DNA of 64,000 bases, taken from Gemmataceae bacterium. Lineage in GTDB: Bacteria; Planctomycetota; Planctomycetia; Gemmatales; Gemmataceae. Shown here piece after piece: positions 1 through 10,122 of this stretch. The translations under genes and the position numbers were made by a program. Each line of letters opens with the position of its first letter. Position 1 is the first letter of the stretch. The stretch lies in contig JAIBBI010000008.1 of the NCBI GenBank assembly GCA_019694755.1, positions 1 through 64,000 on the forward strand. The letters run 5' to 3'. The notes below the pieces were generated by a model that made no database searches, was not told the origin of the DNA, and was given only the letters and a program-made list of their open reading frames with translations.

Positions 1-524
1 GGAATCCGGGCGACTTCCTTCACCCATTCGGTGATCATGCAGGCATAGTCGGGCACCTGCCCCACGGCCGAGCCCATTCCGCGCTCGCTCATCCCGTGCG
101 GGCAGCCGAAGTTCAACTCGATGCCGTCCGCCCCGGTGTCCTGCGTGCGCTTCGTGATCTCGTGCCAAGATTCGCGGTTCGACTCTACCATGAGCGAGAC
201 CCAGAGCGCGTGGCCGGGATAGGCCTTCTTAACCCGGGCGATCTCGGCGAGGTTCACGTCGAGCGTGCGGTCGGTGATGAGTTCGATGTTGTTGAGCCCG
301 GCCAGCTTTCGGCCATCGTAGTCCATGCCGCCGTAGCGGGATGACACGTTGACGATCGGCTCGAACCCGAGCGTCTTCCACACGGCCCCACCCCACCCGG
401 CATCAAACGCCCGGCGGACCTGATACTCCGAATTCGTCGGCGGCGCGGACGCCAGCCAGAACGGGTTCGGAGCCTTGACACCGCAAAAATCGATACTCAG
501 GTCAGGCACTGCACAGGCCCTCAC
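1..524 (-). CDS. preA: Dihydropyrimidine dehydrogenase subunit PreA-like (dihydroorotate-dehydrogenase-fold), 3' part; gene continues beyond window start
   Basis: Minus-strand translation by hand gives ...SIDFCGVKAPNPFWLASAPP...GADGIELNFGCPHGMSERGMGSAVGQVPDYACMITEWVKEVARI, matching the PreA/DPD motif CPHGM..GMG...GQ. Sits 40 bp downstream of preT-like gene. Start (GTG at about 524 or 509) uncertain. Not in the supplied ORF track in the correct frame. Confidence 0.7.
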   Translation of the reverse strand, partial: MRACAVPDLSIDFCGVKAPNPFWLASAPPTNSEYQVRRAFDAGWGGAVWKTLGFEPIVNVSSRYGGMDYDGRKLAGLNNIELITDRTLDVNLAEIARVKKAYPGHALWVSLMVESNRESWHEITKRTQDTGADGIELNFGCPHGMSERGMGSAVGQVPDYACMITEWVKEVARI

Positions 525-563
525 AAAAACAAGCCACAGATGAACTCAGAGGAACGCGGCTAA

Positions 564-1952
564 TCAACCGGGGCAGAGTTGGCGATGGATCCCCCGGGCG
601 GCGAGTTTGCCGTCCTGGACGGCGTCGACGACTTCGCCGCCACCGCGGACGCAGTCGCCGCCGGCGAAGAGTCTGGCTACGCTGGTCGCGCCTGTCGCGC
701 GATCGACTTTCACTTTGTCTCCGTCGAGCGTCAGGCCGGGGATGGCCCGCAACAGTTCCAGGAGCGGTTCCTGGCCGAGGGCTTTGACCACCATGTCCGC
801 TTCGACCGTGAAGTTCTGGCCTTGCAGCACGTCGAGTCGGCCCGTCCTTGCGGCCGGGTCGCCGGCCGAAGTCCGGGCGAACTCGACGGCCACCGCGTTG
901 CCACGTTTCTCGAACCTCACCGGCTGTGCGTACCAGACGAACCGCACACCATCAGCCCGGGCCAATCCGTACTCGTATGCGAATGCCGGGACCGCCTGTT
1001 CGCCGCGACGGTAGGCAATGGTCACTTCTTCCGCCCCGAGTCGGACAGCCGCGGTCGCAACGTCGATGGCCGTGTTGCCCGCGCCGAGCACGAGGACCCG
1101 CGGCGCGATTTCGCACTCGGTGAGCGGACGCGTATGCGTCTGGAAGATGAAATCGAGGGCTTCCCAGATGCCGGGCAACTCTTCGCCCGGTAGGCCCAGC
1201 GGCTTCGTCCGGCCAAGCCCCACGGCGAGAAACACCGCATCGAACTCGCCGAGCAGTTTCCTTAACGCCTCGGCTGAAATCCGCTGATTCAACCGGATGT
1301 CGACGCCGACCTGGCGGATCAACTCCACTTCGGACAGCGCGAATTCGGTACTGACCTTGTAAGCGGCGAGGCCGAGCGTGTTGAGTCCGCCCGGCACGTC
1401 GCGGGCCTCGAACACCACGACGTCATGGCCGAGCTTGCGCAGTTCGTGGGCACACGTCAGCCCCGCGGGGCCGGACCCGACGACGGCGACCCGCTTGCCC
1501 GTCGGCAGGCCGGGCGTGTAGAACTTGATGCCGCGGGCCCGGGCGACATCGGTCGCATACCTCTGAAGCCGACCGATCTCGACAGTATGGCCGAGCAGTG
1601 TGTTGTCGACGCAAGCGCCTTCGCACAGCACTTCGGTCGGGCAGGCGCGAGCGCAACTGCCACCAAAGATGTTGGCGTCGAGGATGGTCTTCGCCGCGCC
1701 GACCTCGTTCTTGTGAAGAATCTGGCGGATGAACTTCGGCACGTCGATGTGCGTCGGGCAGGCCCGCATGCACGGCGCGTCGAAGCAGTAGAGGCAACGC
1801 GCCGCCTCGATCAACGCCTCGTCGGCGGAAAACGGCGCGGGCACGTCCGCAAACCGCGACTGCAACACCTCCAAAGCCATCCGCTCGCCTGCTCGCATGT
1901 CGTAGTCCCTGTCGGAGAAACTTGCCGCCGATGAGCCTTGCACCCGCACCAC
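564..1952 (-). CDS. preT: NAD(P)H-dependent dihydropyrimidine dehydrogenase small subunit PreT-like / glutamate synthase beta-chain-like oxidoreductase
   Basis: 462-aa ORF with 4Fe-4S Cys motifs (CLYCFDAPC, CPTEVLCEGAC) and FAD/NAD Rossmann motif VAVVGSGPAGL. Context between dihydropyrimidinase and preA. True start may be an internal Met (MALEVL...). Confidence 0.8.
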   Translation of the reverse strand: MVRVQGSSAASFSDRDYDMRAGERMALEVLQSRFADVPAPFSADEALIEAARCLYCFDAPCMRACPTHIDVPKFIRQILHKNEVGAAKTILDANIFGGSCARACPTEVLCEGACVDNTLLGHTVEIGRLQRYATDVARARGIKFYTPGLPTGKRVAVVGSGPAGLTCAHELRKLGHDVVVFEARDVPGGLNTLGLAAYKVSTEFALSEVELIRQVGVDIRLNQRISAEALRKLLGEFDAVFLAVGLGRTKPLGLPGEELPGIWEALDFIFQTHTRPLTECEIAPRVLVLGAGNTAIDVATAAVRLGAEEVTIAYRRGEQAVPAFAYEYGLARADGVRFVWYAQPVRFEKRGNAVAVEFARTSAGDPAARTGRLDVLQGQNFTVEADMVVKALGQEPLLELLRAIPGLTLDGDKVKVDRATGATSVARLFAGGDCVRGGGEVVDAVQDGKLAARGIHRQLCPG

Positions 1953-1961
1953 GGGCGCGTA

Positions 1962-3347
1962 TCAGGCGAGGGTGCGAGGTTGCCATTGGCCCCAGCCGGC
2001 GGCTTCCTGGCACTTGTAGTCTGTCACGATCTGTTTCCCACGGCAGAACGTGTGCCGTGCGAAGCCTGCGAGTTCCTCGCCCTGGTACGGGTTCCAGTCG
2101 GTCCCCGACTCCATCATGGCGTAATCCACCTTGATCTTCTTCTGCGGGTCGAAGACTACGACATCCGCATCGCTGCCGGGGGCGAGCGTGCCCTTCTTTG
2201 GATACAGGCCCATGATCTTCGCCGGATTGGAACAGCACTTCTCGACCAGTCGTGTCACCGGCATCCGCCCGCCGAGCACGCCGCGGGTGTAGAAGACCGG
2301 CACCATCGTCTCCAGGCCCGGCAGCCCCATCGGGATCTTGGTCCAGTCGCCGTTCCACATCGCCTTTTGCTTTTTCGTGAAGCTGCAGGTGTCTGTACTG
2401 ACGACGCAGACCTCGCCCGATTCCAACCCTTTCCACAGCCGCTCGATGTCCTTCGGCTTCTTCACTTGCGGGCAGCACGCGAACAAATGTCCGTCTTCCC
2501 GGGCGAAAACAGAGTCGTCGATGACGAGGTACTGGATGCAAGTCTCAGCCAGGACGTTGACGCCGCGAGCCTGAGCCGCCTTGATGATGTCCGCACCCTC
2601 GCCCGTACTCATGTGAACGATGTACAGCCGGCCGCCGGTCGCTTCGCTCCACATGGTTGCCCGCTGGATCGCCTCGGCTTCGATGAAGTTGGGCCGGGTC
2701 ATCGCGTGCAATTGGGCCCCGTATTTCTTCATGTCGTCGGGGTTGTGCCGGCGGGCGATCAACTCGTCGAGAACCCGGCTGCTCTCGGCATGGACTAAAA
2801 GCATGCCATTGAGTTGTTTGCAACGCTCGAGCGTGTTGTAGATCGCGCGGTCGTCGCTCTGCCAACCTTCGCTGGCATAGATCATGAACTCCTTGAACGT
2901 CGGGCAGCCACGTTTGATCATCGCCTCCATTTCCTTGCCGTGGCGATCCCAGTTGGTGATCGCCATGTGGAAGGCGTAGTCGATGTGGGCCTTGGGCTTC
3001 GCGCGTTCGAGCCAGATGTTGTAGGCGTCGTCGAGCGACTGCTCGCCGTAGGGGATCGCAAAGTCGATGACGGTGGTAACGCCGCCGCGGGCCGCCGCCC
3101 GAGTGCCGGTACGCCAATCGTCACTGCTCACCGTGCCGCAGAAAGGCAGTTCCAGATGCACATGCACGTCCAGCGCGCCGGGCATGACATACTGCCCGGT
3201 CGCGTCGATGACAGTCTTGGCCGCGCCGGGCGTGGCCAGGCCCGGGCCCACGGCCGCAATGGTCTCGCCGCGAATGGCGACGTCGGCGACCGTGGTCCCG
3301 TCGGGCCCGACAACCGTGCCGCCGGAAATGATCAGATCGTAGGCCAT
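1962..3347 (-). CDS. hydA: Dihydropyrimidinase / D-hydantoinase (cyclic amidohydrolase)
   Basis: MAYDLIISGGTVV...PGALDVHVHLELPF: metal-dependent amidohydrolase signature (HxH), D-hydantoinase-like over the full length. ATG at 3347 with GGGAG about 9 nt upstream; ORF-track N-terminal extension to 3425 judged spurious. Confidence 0.85.
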   Translation of the reverse strand: MAYDLIISGGTVVGPDGTTVADVAIRGETIAAVGPGLATPGAAKTVIDATGQYVMPGALDVHVHLELPFCGTVSSDDWRTGTRAAARGGVTTVIDFAIPYGEQSLDDAYNIWLERAKPKAHIDYAFHMAITNWDRHGKEMEAMIKRGCPTFKEFMIYASEGWQSDDRAIYNTLERCKQLNGMLLVHAESSRVLDELIARRHNPDDMKKYGAQLHAMTRPNFIEAEAIQRATMWSEATGGRLYIVHMSTGEGADIIKAAQARGVNVLAETCIQYLVIDDSVFAREDGHLFACCPQVKKPKDIERLWKGLESGEVCVVSTDTCSFTKKQKAMWNGDWTKIPMGLPGLETMVPVFYTRGVLGGRMPVTRLVEKCCSNPAKIMGLYPKKGTLAPGSDADVVVFDPQKKIKVDYAMMESGTDWNPYQGEELAGFARHTFCRGKQIVTDYKCQEAAGWGQWQPRTLA

Positions 3348-3448
3348 GGTCCACGCTCCCGGAGTGGTCAACGAGGCAGGTTGGCATCCTAAACCGCCGA
3401 CAGGTCGGCCGCAAGCCACCGGCACACGGTTCCGGCTACAATTCCACG

Positions 3449-4261
3449 ATGCCTGACGACCATCCGCTTTACCGGGCGTGGCGGAATCCCGCCGTCCGCG
3501 CCCTGCTCGATACCGTCCTGCTCAACGGCGTGTTTCGCACGCGCCCGGACCTGGGCCAATCGCTACTCGTGCGGATCGACGACTGGAGCCGGGATCCCGT
3601 CAGTGACCCGTATCCCCTGCTCTACGAACATCTCCACGGTCGCGCCAACGCCGGTTTTGCTCCCACCTTCGAGGGTGACGAGGACAGCCGCATTACACGA
3701 CGTGTCGGTCAGATCCGGGCCCTGGTCGCGGCCCGGCCCGCACCGCAGTCGCTGGTTGATGTTGGCTGTGGCGACGCGCGGGTGACGGCCGGGCTGGCAC
3801 GGGCGTGGTCGATTCCCGCCTCGCGGGCCATTGCCGTCGACGTGTTCGACCGCGTCGCCGACCGCTCAACCGTCACCTACAAGCCACTTTCTGATGGCCG
3901 GATTGCGTGCGACGACTCCTCGACCGACCTCGCCCTGCTGCTCATGGTTCTGCACCATGAAACCGACCCGGCCTGTCTGCTGCGCGAAGTGTTCCGGATC
4001 GTCCGGCCCGGTGGCACGCTGATCGTCCGCGAAAGCGATGTCGATACGCCGGACTTGAAGCTGTTTAACTTCGTCATGGAAGACTTCTACTATCAGGTGT
4101 TTCGCAGGTTGCCGGGCGTGCCCAACCCCGCCCGGCACGAGTCGGCCGCCCACTGGCTCACACTGCTGCGGAAGACGGGATTCGCAGTTGAGCGAGTCGA
4201 GCGGCCGGAACCGGGCAACCCGTTTACACCGGTGTTTCTCGTGGTCCGCCGGCCGGGGTGA
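3449..4261 (+). CDS. Class I SAM-dependent methyltransferase
   Basis: Motif I VDVGCGDARVT and post-I LLLMVLHH...IVRPGGTLIV, typical of the methyltransferase type 11/12 fold. Confidence 0.65.
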   Translation: MPDDHPLYRAWRNPAVRALLDTVLLNGVFRTRPDLGQSLLVRIDDWSRDPVSDPYPLLYEHLHGRANAGFAPTFEGDEDSRITRRVGQIRALVAARPAPQSLVDVGCGDARVTAGLARAWSIPASRAIAVDVFDRVADRSTVTYKPLSDGRIACDDSSTDLALLLMVLHHETDPACLLREVFRIVRPGGTLIVRESDVDTPDLKLFNFVMEDFYYQVFRRLPGVPNPARHESAAHWLTLLRKTGFAVERVERPEPGNPFTPVFLVVRRPG

Positions 4262-4333
4262 AACGTCGGGCCGGCGGCCGGCATCGAACCGCCTATCAAT
4301 AGGGGTGGACTGCACCCCTCGAGGATTCCGGAC

Positions 4334-5102
4334 CATGTCGCGCCGACCAGTCGCTCTGATCACCGGCAGTGGGGCCCAGCGCGTCGGGGCCGTCGTCGCC
4401 GCGTCGCTGGCCGACCGCTTCGACCTCGTATTGCACTACCGCAGCGCAAAGGCCGAGGCGGAATCCGCCATCCGCGACTACCAGGCCCGCGGCATTAACG
4501 CCATTGCCGTGCAGGCCGACCTGACTCAGGAAGCCGAGGTCGCCCGACTGGTCGAGCAAGCCGTCCGTCAGTTCGGCCGACTGGACGCCGTCGTTCACTG
4601 TGCGGCCGACTGGAAGCCGAAGCGGCTCGAAGCCGTCACCGCTCACGATGTCCGCCACTATTTGGACACGAACACGCTCAGCAGCTTTCTGATCGGCCAG
4701 CATGCGGGGCTCGCGCTGACACGTCAACCCGCCGGCGGGTGCATCGTCCTCGTCGGAGATTGGGCCTGTGCCCGCCCTTACACCAACTACGCCGCCTACT
4801 TCCCCTCAAAGGGCGCGATCCCGACGCTGACCCGGACGCTGGCGGTCGAGTTGGGCAGTCGCAATCCCAACGTGCGGGTCAATGCCGTGCTGCCCGGTCC
4901 GGTGATGCTGCCCCCGGAAATCCCCGCCGACGAGCGGGCCCGTGTGATCAACGCGACGCTCGTCCGCCGGGAGGGCAAACCGGAGAATGTCGCCCATGCC
5001 GTGAGCTTCCTGATCGACAACGATTTCGTGACCGGCGTCTGCCTGCCCGTGGACGGCGGTCGCTCGATCTACGCCCCGGACTCCGTCGGAGCCAACTCAT
5101 GA
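4334..5102 (+). CDS. SDR family NAD(P)-dependent oxidoreductase
   Basis: [12 protein letters not shown] (TGxxxGxG), catalytic YxxxK as YFPSKGA, NAVLPG. ATG at 4334 with GAGGA upstream; the overlapping longer ORF 4188.. is rejected. Confidence 0.8.
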
Positions 5103-5491
5103 CCGACCGCGTTGAAAAAACCGATGCCGAGTGGCGGGCGTTGCTGACGCCTGAGCAGTATCGCGTCACCCGACAGGGCGGCACCGAATGCGCCTTCACG
5201 GGCAAACTCTGGGACCACCATGAGGAAGGAACCTTCGAGTGCGTCTGTTGTGGCCGGGCCCTATTCAGTAGTGGCACCAAGTTCGAGTCCGGCACCGGCT
5301 GGCCGAGTTTCTTCCAACCCGTTGATGCCGAAGCGATCAAGTATCTCCGTGACACCACTCATGGCATGGTCCGCACGGAGGTCCAGTGTGCCCGTTGCGA
5401 CGCCCATCTGGGCCACGTCTTTGAAGACGGCCCCCGCCCCACGGGCTTGCGTTATTGCATCAACTCCGCGTCGCTGAAGTTTCGCGAATAA
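5099..5491 (+). CDS. msrB: Peptide-methionine (R)-S-oxide reductase MsrB
   Basis: CxxC...CxxC zinc motifs and catalytic RYCINSASL motif. ATGA overlap with the SDR stop. Confidence 0.9.
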   Translation: MTDRVEKTDAEWRALLTPEQYRVTRQGGTECAFTGKLWDHHEEGTFECVCCGRALFSSGTKFESGTGWPSFFQPVDAEAIKYLRDTTHGMVRTEVQCARCDAHLGHVFEDGPRPTGLRYCINSASLKFRE

Positions 5492-5591
5492 CCCATCTTG
5501 CCCGGCTTGCAGGTGGCGTTGACCTGCCATCGGAAATGCCTTATCACCCACGGGCTTGCGGCCGATTGTCCGGTCGCGCGCGGAGGCGTGA

Positions 5592-8500
5592 ATGGCCCGG
5601 GCCAATTGTGGAAGGCGGCCGACGGCACGGCATGTGTGCCGCTCGCTTGCCGTGCTGCTCATGGTGGCAGCCGGCGCGAGCCTGGTCGCGCTTCGGTATT
5701 GGACCGATCCCGTCACGGTCCGTCGCCTCGTCCTCGAGCAACTCCGCAAGCAGTTTCCCGGCGCGGAAGTCAGCGTCGACTCGGCCCGGCTCTGGCCCGG
5801 ATGGGGCATCCAGCTCACCAACCTGTCGCTCGCTCGTCGGGATGACCCGGTCCTGTCTCCCGTTCTTCAAGTCCCCAACGGCCGGATCGAGCACGATGTC
5901 GAAGCTCTCGCTCAGGGCAAGCTCCGCATCAAGCGACTCAAACTCGATCGACCCCGGCTCACAGCCGTGCGCAACGCCACGGGCCAATGGAACATGGACG
6001 GCCTGATCGCGCCGCCCCGGCCCGGCGTGCCGTTGCCGATTGTCGTGGTCGAGCGCGGCTCTGCCATTCTTCGCGTGGCGGCTTCGCAGGGCGGCGAGAG
6101 CGTCTGGCACCTCGACGGTCTGCGCGGCTCACTCCTCGACGACTCAGGCCTCGCACGCTTCGAAGCCCGCGGCACAGCCATCCAGCTTGGCCGGTTGCAA
6201 CTCGAAGGCTGCTGGCGACGCGACCGCGGCGACGTGGATGCGTCGCTCGACTGGGCCGAGATCCCGCTTTCTGAGAACCTGATTCGCGAGATCTCGCGTT
6301 TCGCACCAATTCCACTCGAACAGGTCCGCTCCGTAGCCGGCTCGACCCGCCTTCAACTCGACGTGCGCCGCCGACCCGAAGACGGACCCGGCTGGAACCC
6401 CGACCTCCGATTGACCCTGAGTCAATGCAAGCTCGGCCTGCGCGACCTTCCCATCGACATTACCGCCATCGACCTGGGCGCACGGTATCGCGACGGTCGA
6501 TTCACCGTCCACACGATGAACGCCCGGGCGGTGGACGCGAAGATCCGCGCCACGCTTTCGGCGCGCGTGCCGACCGAGAACCCTGCCCAGGCGGTCGATA
6601 CGTTTGCCGCGTCGGTCGATGGGCTGCTGATTACGCCCGAGTTGTTCACCCGCCTGCCCGAGCCGGCAAAGCGGTTTCAGGCGCGGTTTGCCCCTGTGGG
6701 CAAGTTGAGCTTCGATTACCAGTTCGCCCGGCGAAACTCGGGCGGGTGGGACGCACGCCTCGAGGCCCGGCCCGAAGACCTGGCCGCGCGGTATCACAAG
6801 TTTCCTTACCCGATCCGCCGGGTCCGCGGCCGGGTGGTCAACGACTACGCCTCTGACAAGCCCGACCATCATGCGGTGGATCTCAGCGTCGAGGTTAATG
6901 GCGGGGCACGGGTCTGCATCCGCGGCAACGTCGCCGGAGCCGAGCCGTTTCCCGCCGTGGACCTCTGGTTGCTGGGCGAGGGCGATCAGCCCGCCCGCAA
7001 CATTCCCGTCGACGACGACCTGATTGCCGCACTGCCGCCTCGGTTTCAGCCGCTGGCCCGGTCGTTCCACTTCCGCGGCTCGGCCGACCTGCTCGGGCGG
7101 ATTCACCACCCCGAGGGCGCACCGCACGGCCACGACCAGTACCACGTTCAGTGCCGGAATGCCTCACTGTGCTACGACGCATTCCCCGTACCGCTCGAAA
7201 ACGTTGCGGCCGACCTGGAAATGCATCTCGGCCCGGGAATGCCCGGAGATCCGAATCGCGGCGACTACTGGGTGCTGCGTAGGGGCACCGGCACCCACGG
7301 TCGCGGCGCGGTCACCGTCGGTGCGTGGAATTCGCCCGCGCCGCACGGCCAGCAACTGGTCATCGACATTTCCGGCTCGGGCTTCCCGATCGGTGAATCA
7401 CTCAAGGCTTCGATGGCAAAATACAACCTCGGTCCGACATGGGACCTGATGGCGCCCACAGGCACGATCGACTTTAGCTCGCGCGTCACTCTGACGGACC
7501 GTGCCAACGGGACGAAGGAGCCATCGGTCTCACTCGGGGTCCGCGGCGCGACCGTCACGCCAGGCTTCTTCCCGTACACGCTCTCGGACCTCAACGCCAA
7601 GCTGCACGCGACTGAGGGGCGCGTCGTCCTCGGCGAATGCTCCGCGAAACACGGCCCGGCAACCTTTAAACTGGCCGGTGGCGAGATCCGGACGGGGAGC
7701 GGCCTGTGGGTCGATGTCCGCGACGTGGCCGCGGGGCCACTGACGATCAACACCGAATTCGTCTCTGCATTACCGCAGTCGCTCCAACGTGCGGTCACCG
7801 GTCTGGGGCCGACCGGAAGGTACGATGTGGGCGTGACCCGACTGGTCCTGCACGACCCGCCGGCCATTCCGGGCCCTCCCGGCCCACCTGTCCTTTACTG
7901 GGACGGCCGTCTCGACGTGACCGAGGGCGGCTGGTCCACGGGAGTGGCGTGGGAGAATATCGGCGGCACGATCGCCTGCCGGGGCGCGACCAAGGGCAAC
8001 CGCCTCGACTGGCTTCAGGGCCATGCGTCGCTCGGCCGGGCAACCGTCCTGCGCCAACCCATGGAGCGAATGCACGCCCAACTTCAGGTCGATCCCGAGA
8101 CACCCGACGTTTTGCAAGTCCGCGGTATTCAGGGGCAAATGTTCGGCGGTACACTCGCCGGCGAGGGCCGGATCGCGTTCGGCGGCGGGCTCGACTACGC
8201 CTGCGACTTGAAGGCGCTCGGTATCCGCCTCGAAGAGTTCTCGAAGCAGAACGGCGTGGGCGGGAAACTGGAAGGCCGGGCCACTGCACAACTTTACCTG
8301 TCCGGTCGCGGCACCGGCGTCGACGAGATGACCGGCCGGGCCGACATCGACGTGCCGTCCGGCAAGCTGTACGACCTGCCGCTCGCACTCGAACTGCTCA
8401 AGGCCGTCACCCTGCGAGCACCCGACGGCATCGCCTTCGACGAGGCCCATGCTCATCTCAAAATCGAAGGCCGGCGGCTTAAGGTCGATCGCCTTGACCT

Positions 8501-8783
8501 GCTCGGAAGTGCCGTGAGTATGGGCGGCCGGGGCGCGCTCAATCTCGACGGCACCGGCGTCGATCTCGACTTCTATGCCGTGTGGGCCCGGGTCGCCCAG
8601 ATCCTGCCCGCTTCGTGGCGCGACGTACCGTCGAGCGTGAGCTCGCAGATTCTCAAGATCAAGATGCGCGGGTCGCTCGTGGACCCGACCTTCGCGCCCG
8701 AACCCGTTCCGTTCCTCGTCGAGCCCGTCGCCAGGCTACTCGAACGCAAGGACAAGAAACAACCGCCCGCGGAGCGACAATGA
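5592..8783 (+). CDS. AsmA-family outer-membrane biogenesis protein (large, N-terminal membrane anchor)
   Basis: 1063 aa. N-terminal basic stretch plus TM, then an AsmA-like N-terminus (RLKLDRPRLTAVRNATGQWNMDGL) and a long beta-rich repeat region. Confidence 0.55.
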   Translation: MARANCGRRPTARHVCRSLAVLLMVAAGASLVALRYWTDPVTVRRLVLEQLRKQFPGAEVSVDSARLWPGWGIQLTNLSLARRDDPVLSPVLQVPNGRIEHDVEALAQGKLRIKRLKLDRPRLTAVRNATGQWNMDGLIAPPRPGVPLPIVVVERGSAILRVAASQGGESVWHLDGLRGSLLDDSGLARFEARGTAIQLGRLQLEGCWRRDRGDVDASLDWAEIPLSENLIREISRFAPIPLEQVRSVAGSTRLQLDVRRRPEDGPGWNPDLRLTLSQCKLGLRDLPIDITAIDLGARYRDGRFTVHTMNARAVDAKIRATLSARVPTENPAQAVDTFAASVDGLLITPELFTRLPEPAKRFQARFAPVGKLSFDYQFARRNSGGWDARLEARPEDLAARYHKFPYPIRRVRGRVVNDYASDKPDHHAVDLSVEVNGGARVCIRGNVAGAEPFPAVDLWLLGEGDQPARNIPVDDDLIAALPPRFQPLARSFHFRGSADLLGRIHHPEGAPHGHDQYHVQCRNASLCYDAFPVPLENVAADLEMHLGPGMPGDPNRGDYWVLRRGTGTHGRGAVTVGAWNSPAPHGQQLVIDISGSGFPIGESLKASMAKYNLGPTWDLMAPTGTIDFSSRVTLTDRANGTKEPSVSLGVRGATVTPGFFPYTLSDLNAKLHATEGRVVLGECSAKHGPATFKLAGGEIRTGSGLWVDVRDVAAGPLTINTEFVSALPQSLQRAVTGLGPTGRYDVGVTRLVLHDPPAIPGPPGPPVLYWDGRLDVTEGGWSTGVAWENIGGTIACRGATKGNRLDWLQGHASLGRATVLRQPMERMHAQLQVDPETPDVLQVRGIQGQMFGGTLAGEGRIAFGGGLDYACDLKALGIRLEEFSKQNGVGGKLEGRATAQLYLSGRGTGVDEMTGRADIDVPSGKLYDLPLALELLKAVTLRAPDGIAFDEAHAHLKIEGRRLKVDRLDLLGSAVSMGGRGALNLDGTGVDLDFYAVWARVAQILPASWRDVPSSVSSQILKIKMRGSLVDPTFAPEPVPFLVEPVARLLERKDKKQPPAERQ

Positions 8784-9976
8784 CCGGAACGCTGCTGCAA
8801 AAGATGATCTTCGGTCAACTCACGCGGGTCTTCGTACTCGCGCTCGTAGGCCTGACCGGTCTGTTCGTGCTCGCGGGTCTCGTGGCCGAGGCGACACAGC
8901 GCGGGCTCGCACCGTCGCAAATCCTACTGGTAATTCCGCTGTTGGTGCCGAACACGCTGCCGTACACGCTCCCGGCGACGACGCTGTTCGCCACCTGCAT
9001 CGTGTACGGCCGACTGGCGGCGGACAACGAAGTCCTCGCCGTCAAAGCCGCGGGCGGCCGCGTGGGCATGATGCTTCGGCCCGGCTTGCTGCTCGGAATC
9101 GTCGCCTGCGGCATCACGGCCGGGCTTTATTGGCGCCACATCCCCGACACGCACCGCACTCTCCGCACCAGCGTGCTCGGCGACGTCGAAGACCTTTTGT
9201 ACGGTCTGCTGAAGCGCACCGGGTGCCTGCGCCACCCGAACGTACCATTCTCCATGTGGGTGCGCGAGGTACAGGGCAAGCACCTGATCGACGCGGTCTT
9301 CAAGCAACGCGACGAGCACGGCGGCTACGACGTCGTCGCCCGGGCCCGCGAGGCGGAGATCCGATTCGACCCGAAGACGAACCTCATCAAGGTTGAGATG
9401 CCGCGATGCCTCGTGGTCGGGGAGAACAACCGCGGCGGCGGCGTGATCGGACACCGGACATGGGACGTACCGCTGCCGAACAACCTGCTGACGGCCGAAT
9501 GCCCCAATCGGCCGAGCGATCTGCCCTGGATCGATCTGTTCGCACGGCGCGACGTGGTGTTGGCCGAGGCGGAGCAGGCCCGGCGGGAAATCGACACGCC
9601 GCCCCTCGAAGAAGGCGTCCTCCCGGACGATCGAAAGGCGGAGCTGCGCAGGTTCCGAGAGAATAGCGCCAAGGCAAAGATGCGTGAAGCCCGGGCGATC
9701 GATGCGGAGATCCACCTCCGCCCCGCGTTGGCGGTCGGCTGCTTGTGTTTCGTGCTGGTGGGTGCGCCCGTCGGCATCTGGTTCGGCAAGGCCGACTACC
9801 TGAGCGCGTTCGTCACGTGTTTCCTACCGACGGTATTCGTGTACTACCCGCTCTTGCTTTGCGGCACGAACCTGGCGCGGGACGGCACGCTTCCCGCCTC
9901 GGTCGGCGTCTGGCTGGCCGACGGCGTCACCGCCGGCCTGGCAATCATCCTGCGCTGCGTTCTGTTGCGACGTTAA
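8780..9976 (+). CDS. LptF/LptG-family LPS export permease (YjgP/YjgQ)
   Basis: MTGTLLQKMIFGQLTRVFVLALVGLTGLFVL.. N-terminus typical of LptF/G. Three N-terminal TMs, periplasmic beta-jellyroll region, C-terminal TMs. ATGA overlap with the AsmA-like stop. Confidence 0.7.
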   Translation: MTGTLLQKMIFGQLTRVFVLALVGLTGLFVLAGLVAEATQRGLAPSQILLVIPLLVPNTLPYTLPATTLFATCIVYGRLAADNEVLAVKAAGGRVGMMLRPGLLLGIVACGITAGLYWRHIPDTHRTLRTSVLGDVEDLLYGLLKRTGCLRHPNVPFSMWVREVQGKHLIDAVFKQRDEHGGYDVVARAREAEIRFDPKTNLIKVEMPRCLVVGENNRGGGVIGHRTWDVPLPNNLLTAECPNRPSDLPWIDLFARRDVVLAEAEQARREIDTPPLEEGVLPDDRKAELRRFRENSAKAKMREARAIDAEIHLRPALAVGCLCFVLVGAPVGIWFGKADYLSAFVTCFLPTVFVYYPLLLCGTNLARDGTLPASVGVWLADGVTAGLAIILRCVLLRR

Positions 9977-9990
9977 ACGTGGAGTCGTAG

Positions 9991-10080
9991 CCGGATTCGC
10001 CAGAATACGGCTACGGCTCATCGGCATTCTGGCGAATGCCGCTACAAGCAGTCACCTCGACGGTATTCTGGCGAATGCCG
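9991..10080. repeat. Inverted/direct repeat cluster between convergent gene ends (candidate bidirectional terminator)
   Basis: Arm GGATTCGCCAGAATAC (9993-10008) is complementary to two downstream copies of (C/G)(A/T)ATTCTGGCGAATGCCGCT(A/C)CA at 10025-10046 and 10062-10083. Confidence 0.4.
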
Positions 10081-10122
10081 CTCCAAACTTTCGGACGCCG
10101 TCCCGGCGCATACCGCTACGGG

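Noticed and set aside
579-8456. Long antisense or alternative-frame ORFs (e.g. 579..1193 +, 1423..2541 -, 1938..2798 +, 6144..7145 -, 7265..7867 -, 7770..8456 -)
   Set aside because: Typical high-GC shadow ORFs opposite strongly supported genes. They are Arg/Pro/Gly-rich with no motifs.
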